This document shows positions 1 through 5,205 of a stretch of DNA of 5,643 nt, in pieces; within the stretch, counting starts at the first letter, position 1, and every line of letters begins with the position of its first letter. The stretch lies in the IMG/VR virus record IMGVR_UViG_3300020428_000005, positions 1 to 5,643 of that record. One strand, 5' to 3'. Origin of the DNA: a virus. A model generated the notes under the pieces. The model saw only the letters and a program-made list of their open reading frames with translations, was not told where the DNA came from and searched no databases. Made by a program: the position numbers and the translations under genes.

Positions 1-55
1 ACAAGGACGGAAAGAATTCATCTTCATGGGATATTGTGGACAGACGAAGTAGAAG
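1..55. repeat. Terminal direct repeat, copy 1 (identical to 5589..5643). It is the overlap of a circular genome, not a biological repeat.
   Basis: Base-by-base comparison shows acaaggacggaaagaattcatcttcatgggatattgtggacagacgaagtagaag at both ends, 55/55 identical. The reading frame is continuous across the join. An overlap of exactly 55 nt is typical of a de Bruijn assembler k-mer overlap on a circular contig. Confidence 0.95.
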
Positions 56-600
56 ATATAAAGGAAAAATGGGGGTATGGATTTGTATATATAGGGGATT
101 ATGTTGGAGATATAACAATAAATTATATAGTTAAATACGTAAATAAAGTAGATGAAAAGCATAAGGAATACAATAGTAAAATATATACGTCCAAAGGTAT
201 TGGGGCAAATTATATGTTACGAAATGATGTTAAAAGGAACGAGTATAGAGGCGATAAAACAATCGAAACCTACAAAAATAGAACGGGAATAGAACTGGGG
301 TTACCAATATATTACAGGAATAAAATATATAATGATCAGCAAAGAGAAAAATTGTGGCTATATAAATTGGATAAAGAAGTAAGATATGTAAATGGTATTG
401 AAGTTGACGTGAGTGAAAGTGATGATGAATATTATAAATTATTATATCAAGAAAGAAGAAAAAACAGGTATTTGGGATATGGTGATGATAGGATAAATTG
501 GGAATTAAAAAAGTACGAGGCAGAAAGGAGACATATAAAAAAAATAGAGAGATTAAAAAAAATTGAAGAAATTAACAATGTTTACAAAAATATGTTGTAA
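1..600 (+). CDS. VP4: Replication initiator protein (VP4 / protein A homolog), C-terminal part. This is the same gene as 5205..5643 and is 5'-truncated only by linearisation.
   Basis: Frame 1 is open from base 1 to the TAA at 598..600. HLH lies at 19..27. The catalytic double-tyrosine motif NYIVKYVNK has Tyr codons at 124..126 and 136..138 and closely matches the YVAKYVNK active site of phiX174 protein A as I recall it. The M at 34 in the ORF track is an internal Met, not the start. Confidence 0.93.
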   Translation, partial: TRTERIHLHGILWTDEVEDIKEKWGYGFVYIGDYVGDITINYIVKYVNKVDEKHKEYNSKIYTSKGIGANYMLRNDVKRNEYRGDKTIETYKNRTGIELGLPIYYRNKIYNDQQREKLWLYKLDKEVRYVNGIEVDVSESDDEYYKLLYQERRKNRYLGYGDDRINWELKKYEAERRHIKKIERLKKIEEINNVYKNML

Positions 601-605
601 GTTTG
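598..605 (+). promoter_or_regulatory. TAAGTTTG, which matches the Bacteroides-type -7 promoter consensus TAnnTTTG and overlaps the Rep stop codon. Weak candidate.
   Basis: The same octamer recurs at the capsid stop codon (3694..3701). Both open the two longest intergenic regions. No clear -33 TTTG partner is seen, and the degenerate motif is expected a few times by chance. Confidence 0.15.
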
Positions 606-691
606 TTAAAATAATGTTCACAAGTCTGTGGATTTGACATAGTATAAATTATAAGACAAATTCTACGGAGGAGTGAGGTAAAACGCTATAA

Positions 692-1147
692 ATGTTAATA
701 ACTCATATAACACTCAAAAGAACACATCAAAATAAATATAGCTTGTTTGGACATTTAACAGTGCATACGAAAAGATATGGAAGGTTTATGTTTAATACGG
801 TAGAGAATTATGAAGCGAAAATCGAAGAAGGAGAGTATCCGATATATAGGGAGTATAGTCCTCGTTTTGGTCGTTTTATGCTTACGGTGGGCGGAGTACC
901 TAGAAGACGAGGCTTGCGTATACATGCTGGTAATAGTGGTATTGATTTCAGAGGGTGTATTGGGATCGGACAATTTGGAATAAGTGAAGATATACCGCAA
1001 TATATATATAATAGCAAGTTAGCCGTAGCAAGTTTAGAAAGATTAGTAAAACAAAGAACAACAATAAAAATTATAGATAATGAAAAGAAAGATATTGGAA
1101 TTATTAGTAGAGAAGTTAGTACCGGAATTGGTGAGACTGTTAGTTAA
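692..1147 (+). CDS. Accessory protein resembling the DUF5675 family, with a His...Gly-Cys signature reminiscent of L,D-transpeptidase-like (YkuD-like) enzymes. It is a candidate cell-wall-active or lysis enzyme; the function is unproven.
   Basis: This is a 151-aa ORF that starts directly after an in-frame TAA (689..691). The segment IEEGEYPIYREYSPRFGRFMLTVGGVPRRRGLRIHAGNSGIDFRGCIGIG fits my memory of the DUF5675 pattern (IPxGxY...YSPKF...L..VPxRxxILIHxGN...D..GCI.xG). The His codon is at 923..925 and the Cys codon at 956..958. It is the only gene here preceded by a Shine-Dalgarno-like GGAGGAGTGAGG (667..678). I see no obvious signal peptide or TM segment. Confidence 0.7.
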   Translation: MLITHITLKRTHQNKYSLFGHLTVHTKRYGRFMFNTVENYEAKIEEGEYPIYREYSPRFGRFMLTVGGVPRRRGLRIHAGNSGIDFRGCIGIGQFGISEDIPQYIYNSKLAVASLERLVKQRTTIKIIDNEKKDIGIISREVSTGIGETVS

Positions 1148-1182
1148 AGTACTAGAGGAAGTAACTAAATTGGATATAGACA

Positions 1183-1383
1183 ATGATGGAAAAGTGGGTG
1201 ACTGAAAGCATATATGTTGACGTAGATACAGGCGAAATAATTAACAAAATATTAACTAAAAAGAGAAATTATAAAATAATAAGAAAAACATCAAAAATTA
1301 AAAATTATGACGGACAAAAAAGTAAAACAATTATCAACGAATGTAAAAGACATCAATACGGATTTGAATTCGGAAAATGTTAA
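1183..1383 (+). CDS. Hypothetical small basic protein (66 aa).
   Basis: The ORF fills what would otherwise be a 159-nt gap in a compact genome. It has a K/R-rich centre (TKKRNYKIIRKTSKIKNYDGQKSK) and an N-terminal YVDVDTGEI segment. Its last 77 nt overlap the next ORF in another frame, which is common in Microviridae. No recognisable domain and no SD. Confidence 0.45.
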   Translation: MMEKWVTESIYVDVDTGEIINKILTKKRNYKIIRKTSKIKNYDGQKSKTIINECKRHQYGFEFGKC

Positions 1384-1609
1384 AAGAGAAGTAATAGAAA
1401 ATACACCGTTTACAGTAATAACGGTAGATGAAAAAAGCTTTGGAAGTATGGGTGATTATAGAATTACAGAACCAAAGGATTCAGTGGATGAAGTAATGAA
1501 AGAATTAGATCAAAAAAGTTGGAACAGAATAATCCAAGTATGTATGATACTTATGGATATGAACAATAAAGACAATAAATTAATCGATAAAATCAAAAAA
1601 GAAAAATGA
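1307..1609 (+). CDS. Hypothetical small acidic protein (100 aa), translationally coupled to the capsid gene.
   Basis: Its stop overlaps the capsid start in an ATGA quartet (1606..1609). Composition and codon usage look like the neighbouring genes, and the product is D/E/K-rich. I cannot support any functional assignment; an assembly or scaffold role is only a guess from position. Confidence 0.6.
   Translation: MTDKKVKQLSTNVKDINTDLNSENVKREVIENTPFTVITVDEKSFGSMGDYRITEPKDSVDEVMKELDQKSWNRIIQVCMILMDMNNKDNKLIDKIKKEK
1535..1545 (+). promoter_or_regulatory. Third copy of the motif core (CAAGTATGTAT), inside the 100-aa ORF and 60 nt before the capsid ATG.
   Basis: Exact 11-mer match to 4182..4192. 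It lies in coding sequence, so it could be coincidental given that AAGTATG is generally frequent here. Confidence 0.2.
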
Positions 1610-3696
1610 AAACAACAATCGGAGGAGACCGTTTAGGCTCGGGCAATAAACAAGAAGTAAGTCTAAAGAATTATAATAGAAGTTCACATGATTTGGGATA
1701 TGTGTGGCGTTCAAGTATGTCAAGTGGTACGCTTGTACCCTTTATGACAGAATTAGCACTCCCAGGGGATAGTTTTGATATAGATATGGCGTGTGATGTG
1801 AAGACGTTACCAACAATCGGACCATTATTCGGAAGTTATAAAGTACAATTAGACGTATTTCAAGCGCCAGTAAGATTATACCAAGGAAAATTGCATATGA
1901 ATATGTTAAATATAGGGATGGACATGTCAAGTGTAAAATTACCACAAATGGTAGTATCAGCAGATTATGTAAGGAGGAATTATAGCGATAACGCACAAAT
2001 AAATTCTAGTTGTATATTATCATATTTAAATGTAAGAGGAGTAGGAAGAACTGACGACAATGCTGACAGTACAATAGCAAGAGAATTCAACGCAGTACCA
2101 TTATTAGCATATTGGGATATATTTAAACAGTATTATGCAAATAAACAAGAAGAAAAAGCGTATGTAATAAGCGCAAGTGATCAAGGGTTAACTTGGCAAT
2201 GTAATTACGCATTCGTACAAATATTTACAACAGGAAGTGCGCAATATTCAGGTAATATATTAGACACTGAAAGTGGAGAAATAGAAAACGTAACGAGTGC
2301 AACGTTAAGGTTAGAATTTCAATGGGATGCTGGGGGTAGTAAGAAAGGATTATATCCAGATTTAGATGATTTAAATATGAGATATATTAATAGTAGTGGA
2401 AATTATTCAACAGAAAAATTAAAAGACGTATTTACAAATTTAGAATGGGAAGACCCAAATGATTATCAAACAGTAGCAAGATTAAGTGGATGGTTACCAG
2501 AAATAGATCCTGATAGTTTTATAGTACAAGTACAAAGTGTAGATCAAAATGGAATGGTAGGTATAGTGAATATTCAAGGTGAAACACCTGTAAGATTACA
2601 AAGATTTGACCTAGATAGTATAGATAAACAAAGAATGAAAATTCTAGAAGCAGTAGCATCAAGTACACCGGTATATTTAGATAAAGATAGCATAGAGCCA
2701 TATAATAAAGTGTTAAAAAGAGTTAGTGAAGAAACAATATATGAGGTACAACCATGGGCATGTACGTTCGCACAAGAGGGGTTAGCAGTAAAAACATATC
2801 AAAGTGATTTATTTAATAACTGGATAAGCACAGAATGGATTGATGGAGATAATGGTATTAATGCAATTACTTCAGTAAGTACGGTAGGAAATGAGTTTAC
2901 AATTGATGCGTTAAATCTAGCGAATAAAGTATATACAATGTTAAATAGAATAGCAATATCAGGTGGTACGTATGATGATTGGTTAGATGCAGTGTATACT
3001 CATGAAAGAAGTAAAAGTGTAGAAAATCCTATATATCATGGTAGTTTAATAAAAGAACTAGCATTTGAGGAAGTAGTTTCACAGGCGGACGTAACAGACC
3101 AACAAGGAGATCAACAACCATTAGGAACGTTAGCGGGACGAGGAAGATTAACACAAAAGAATAAGGGTGGTAAAGTGAAAATTAAAGTAGATGAGCCATC
3201 ATATATTTTAGGGATAGTGAGTATTACACCAAGGGTAGATTATAGTCAAGGAAATAAGTGGGATATGAATTTGAAAACAATGAATGACTTACATAAACCG
3301 GCATTAGACGCGATTGGATATCAAGATTTAGTGACAGACCAATTGGCGTGGTTTGATACAACAGTGGATGCAGACGCAGACCCAGATAATTATGATTTCG
3401 GGAATGTAACATATAAATCAGTAGGTAAACAGCCGGCATGGATTAATTACATGACAAATGTGAATCAATGTAGGGGAACGTTTGCAGAAGAAAATAATGC
3501 AATGTTTATGACGTTAAATAGAAAATATGAGAATTTTGGTACTGGTATTTATGATATAACAACATATATAGACCCAACGAAATTTAATTCAATATTTGCT
3601 GAAACAAGTATAAGTAGCCAAAACTTCTGGGTACAGATTAGTAATAGAATAACGGCAAGAAGAAAAATGTCAGCTAAGGTAATACCAAATTTATAA
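1606..3696 (+). CDS. VP1: Major capsid protein (Microviridae VP1 / phiX protein F homolog), 696 aa.
   Basis: This is the longest ORF. The N-terminus SHDLGYVWRSSMSSGTLVPFMTELALPGDSFDI, the block LLAYWDIFKQYYANKQEE, the block ALNLANKVYTMLNRIAISGGTYDDWLDAVY...NPIYHGS, and the C-terminal FWVQISNRITARRKM all follow the conserved layout of microvirus F/VP1 capsid proteins as I remember it. The size fits the large Alpavirinae-type capsids rather than phiX F. Confidence 0.93.
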   Translation: MKTTIGGDRLGSGNKQEVSLKNYNRSSHDLGYVWRSSMSSGTLVPFMTELALPGDSFDIDMACDVKTLPTIGPLFGSYKVQLDVFQAPVRLYQGKLHMNMLNIGMDMSSVKLPQMVVSADYVRRNYSDNAQINSSCILSYLNVRGVGRTDDNADSTIAREFNAVPLLAYWDIFKQYYANKQEEKAYVISASDQGLTWQCNYAFVQIFTTGSAQYSGNILDTESGEIENVTSATLRLEFQWDAGGSKKGLYPDLDDLNMRYINSSGNYSTEKLKDVFTNLEWEDPNDYQTVARLSGWLPEIDPDSFIVQVQSVDQNGMVGIVNIQGETPVRLQRFDLDSIDKQRMKILEAVASSTPVYLDKDSIEPYNKVLKRVSEETIYEVQPWACTFAQEGLAVKTYQSDLFNNWISTEWIDGDNGINAITSVSTVGNEFTIDALNLANKVYTMLNRIAISGGTYDDWLDAVYTHERSKSVENPIYHGSLIKELAFEEVVSQADVTDQQGDQQPLGTLAGRGRLTQKNKGGKVKIKVDEPSYILGIVSITPRVDYSQGNKWDMNLKTMNDLHKPALDAIGYQDLVTDQLAWFDTTVDADADPDNYDFGNVTYKSVGKQPAWINYMTNVNQCRGTFAEENNAMFMTLNRKYENFGTGIYDITTYIDPTKFNSIFAETSISSQNFWVQISNRITARRKMSAKVIPNL

Positions 3697-3701
3697 GTTT
3701 G
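3694..3701 (+). promoter_or_regulatory. TAAGTTTG, the second copy of the octamer matching TAnnTTTG, overlapping the capsid stop codon. Weak candidate.
   Basis: Identical octamer to 598..605. It lies at the start of the 3697..3784 intergenic region. Confidence 0.15.
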
Positions 3702-3716
3702 GTAGAGTGTGTTTTT

Positions 3717-3756
3717 TAGTTTAGTTATAAGGGGGTGAAAGTCCCCCACTAAACTA
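3717..3756 (+). other. Intergenic stem-loop: a 9-bp outer stem, a 5-nt asymmetric bulge, and a GGGGG/CCCCC inner stem with a 7-nt loop.
   Basis: tagtttagt (3717..3725) pairs perfectly with actaaacta (3748..3756). ggggg (3731..3735) pairs with ccccc (3743..3747) around the loop tgaaagt. tataa (3726..3730) is unpaired. It is the most striking GC cluster I noticed in this AT-rich genome and lies 21 nt downstream of the capsid stop. No T-tract follows it. Confidence 0.8.
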
Positions 3757-3766
3757 GTATGTATAA
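3756..3766 (+). promoter_or_regulatory. Shared upstream motif AGTATGTATAA, copy upstream of the 119-aa gene. It contains a perfect TATAAT at 3762..3767.
   Basis: Exact 11-mer also present at 4184..4194. It ends 18 nt before the ATG at 3785. Function unknown; it could be a promoter -10-like element or another cis signal. Confidence 0.3.
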
Positions 3767-3784
3767 TAATTAAATAATAAAAAA

Positions 3785-4144
3785 ATGTATAAGTATAGAA
3801 AAAGAAGTAAAACAATATTGGGTGGAGTTGAAAAAGTAGAAGGAGAACCAATAGAGCATAAAATTGAAAGAATTGTAGATAATAATGAACCAATTAAAGA
3901 TGGAGCACCAGAGATATTTACAGAAAGAAAAGATGGTGTAGTTAGTGCTTATAATATTAGAACTGACAGATGGGAAATAGCGACAGATGGAATGTCATTA
4001 GTTGAAAGAAGTATAACTGCAAAAAGAGATAATAAAGGAAAAAAACCAGAAACAGAAGAAAGTAAAAAAGAAGCAAAAGTGGTTGATATTAAGGACGGGG
4101 TACCCGAGTCAATAAAAGGCACAGGAACGGATACTAGTAAATAG
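3785..4144 (+). CDS. Conserved small microvirus protein (119 aa), possibly an internal scaffolding or assembly protein (VP3-like). The function is uncertain.
   Basis: The ORF lies between the capsid and pilot genes. The core EGEPIEHKIERIVDNNEPIKDGAPEIFTERKDGVVSAYNIRTDRWEIA resembles a small protein I recall as conserved in Alpavirinae-like genomes. The tail is lysine/glutamate-rich. The upstream leader is A-rich with no SD, as for the other genes. Confidence 0.7.
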   Translation: MYKYRKRSKTILGGVEKVEGEPIEHKIERIVDNNEPIKDGAPEIFTERKDGVVSAYNIRTDRWEIATDGMSLVERSITAKRDNKGKKPETEESKKEAKVVDIKDGVPESIKGTGTDTSK

Positions 4145-4181
4145 TATTACAACAGAGTAGTACGCATTTATTCTTATATAT

Positions 4182-4194
4182 CAAGTATGTATAA
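4182..4194 (+). promoter_or_regulatory. Shared upstream motif CAAGTATGTATAA, copy upstream of the pilot gene.
   Basis: 4184..4194 is identical to 3756..3766, and 4182..4192 is identical to 1535..1545. It ends 21 nt before the ATG at 4216. Confidence 0.3.
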
Positions 4195-4215
4195 CGCTTT
4201 TAAAAAAGCGCGAAA

Positions 4216-5205
4216 ATGACAAATAATTATAATAATAATAATAATAATAACAATAATATGAATTGGCAAGCAGCAGCAACTCAAGGGTTATCGATGTTAG
4301 GTGGATTTATTGGGGCAAATAATCAACACCGAAGACAAAAAGATTTAATGGGAATTCAGCATCAAAATCAAATGAACTTAAATAGACAGGGACACAGATT
4401 GCAAATGGATATGTGGAAAAATACATCATATCCAGCTCAATTAAAAATGATGAAAGAAGCGGGATTATCACCAGGATTAATGTATGGTGGTGGACCAGGT
4501 GCAAGCGGAACAACAGGAAGTCAAGGTGGTGGAAGTGCAGTAGGTGGAAATGCTCAAGCATTTAAAACAATGGATTTATCAAATATGTTGATAGCGTCAG
4601 AAATAGCTAAGAAAAATGCGGAGACAAAAAACATAGAGACGGATACTAAAAAGACAGGGGGAGTTGATACAGAAGAAGCAGAACAAAGAATTGCTAATAT
4701 GAAAGAAAGCAAAGATTATATAAGATTGCAAAGTGATTATCAAAAAATATTAAATGCGAATAAGCAAGACGAAATTGATGCATTCTTGAAAAATATTGGA
4801 CAAGAGACAAGTAATTTGAAACAACAGTTTGATTTGACAGATGAACAATGGGGAGACTTATTAAAAGAACAAATGGGTAAGGCGTTGACGGCAGTAGAAA
4901 ATAGTAATTTATTGAAATCAAAAGTGGAGTTAACTGATGCACAAGAGCAAGAGATATGGGAGAAATTAGAAATAGCATATAATAAATTAGAATTAGAGGG
5001 ATTAAGTGTAGATGCGTCATTAAAACAAGCTGACGCAAGTATGATTAAAGCAACAGTAGAAGAAGCAATGCGACCAATGGAACTAGAAGTTGATAAGAAG
5101 AAAATTATGGTTAATAGTATGACGAATATAATTACAAGTATTATTAGCGGAATAAGTAGTTCGGCAAGTTCATTCGTGGGAAATTATACGAAGAATAATA
5201 TGTAA
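4216..5205 (+). CDS. VP2: DNA pilot / minor capsid protein (VP2 / phiX protein H analog), 329 aa.
   Basis: It sits between the capsid-side genes and Rep. It has a hydrophobic-glycine N-terminal segment (GLSMLGGFIGA), a Gly-rich linker (GGGPGASGTTGSQGGGSAVGG), a long charged heptad-like region (about aa 130..290) and a Ser/Ile-rich hydrophobic C-terminus (MTNIITSIISGISSSASSFVG). This architecture is typical of microvirus pilot proteins. The assignment rests on architecture and synteny, not on recognised sequence identity. An alternative start is the ATG at 4258. Confidence 0.75.
   Translation: MTNNYNNNNNNNNNMNWQAAATQGLSMLGGFIGANNQHRRQKDLMGIQHQNQMNLNRQGHRLQMDMWKNTSYPAQLKMMKEAGLSPGLMYGGGPGASGTTGSQGGGSAVGGNAQAFKTMDLSNMLIASEIAKKNAETKNIETDTKKTGGVDTEEAEQRIANMKESKDYIRLQSDYQKILNANKQDEIDAFLKNIGQETSNLKQQFDLTDEQWGDLLKEQMGKALTAVENSNLLKSKVELTDAQEQEIWEKLEIAYNKLELEGLSVDASLKQADASMIKATVEEAMRPMELEVDKKKIMVNSMTNIITSIISGISSSASSFVGNYTKNNM
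4222..4257 (+). repeat. Imperfect AAT trinucleotide repeat encoding NNYNNNNNNNNN at the N-terminus of the pilot protein. The perfect (AAT)6 core is 4231..4248.
   Basis: Read directly: aat aat tat aat aat aat aat aat aat aac aat aat, followed by atg at 4258..4260. Confidence 0.9.

Noticed and set aside
34-600. The ORF-track entry that starts at Met34 as an independent 188-aa gene.
   Set aside because: The frame is open from base 1 and continues the 5205..5643 ORF through the circular junction. Met34 lies within the HLHGILW-TDEVE region of Rep, so this is a linearisation artefact and not a separate gene.
634-639. A perfect TTGACA in the Rep-accessory intergenic region as a sigma70 -35 box.
   Set aside because: No acceptable -10 hexamer lies 16..18 nt downstream; positions 657..662 read caaatt. 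The nearby TATAAA and TATAAG boxes are only 3 and 10 nt away.
770-890. An apparent internal repeat in the accessory protein (YGRFMFNTV and FGRFMLTV) as evidence of a domain duplication.
   Set aside because: Only about 5 residues are shared and the nucleotide sequences differ. Both segments fit distinct positions of the DUF5675-like pattern, so this is probably coincidental.
3717-3756. The hairpin as a canonical rho-independent terminator for the capsid gene.
   Set aside because: No T-tract follows the stem on the + strand (the next bases are gtatgtataataat), and the minus-strand reading also lacks one. I kept it as a structural element of unknown role.
4195-4210. The palindrome cgcttttaaaaaagcg just upstream of the pilot gene start as a regulatory hairpin.
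   Set aside because: It has only 3 G-C pairs plus A-T pairs around a very small loop, so predicted stability is low in an AT-rich context. I cannot distinguish it from chance.
755-5038. Eight minus-strand ORFs of 60..114 aa from the ORF track: 755..1000, 808..1017, 1742..1996, 2519..2701, 3224..3439, 3549..3893, 4307..4561, 4694..5038.
   Set aside because: All lie antisense to strong + strand genes, and their products are low-complexity and rich in Leu/Phe/Tyr/Ile/His. The + strand is purine-rich, so the complement is pyrimidine-rich and rarely forms stop codons, which produces long spurious antisense ORFs. Microviridae transcribe one strand only. The ORF at 3549..3893 also runs through the intergenic hairpin.
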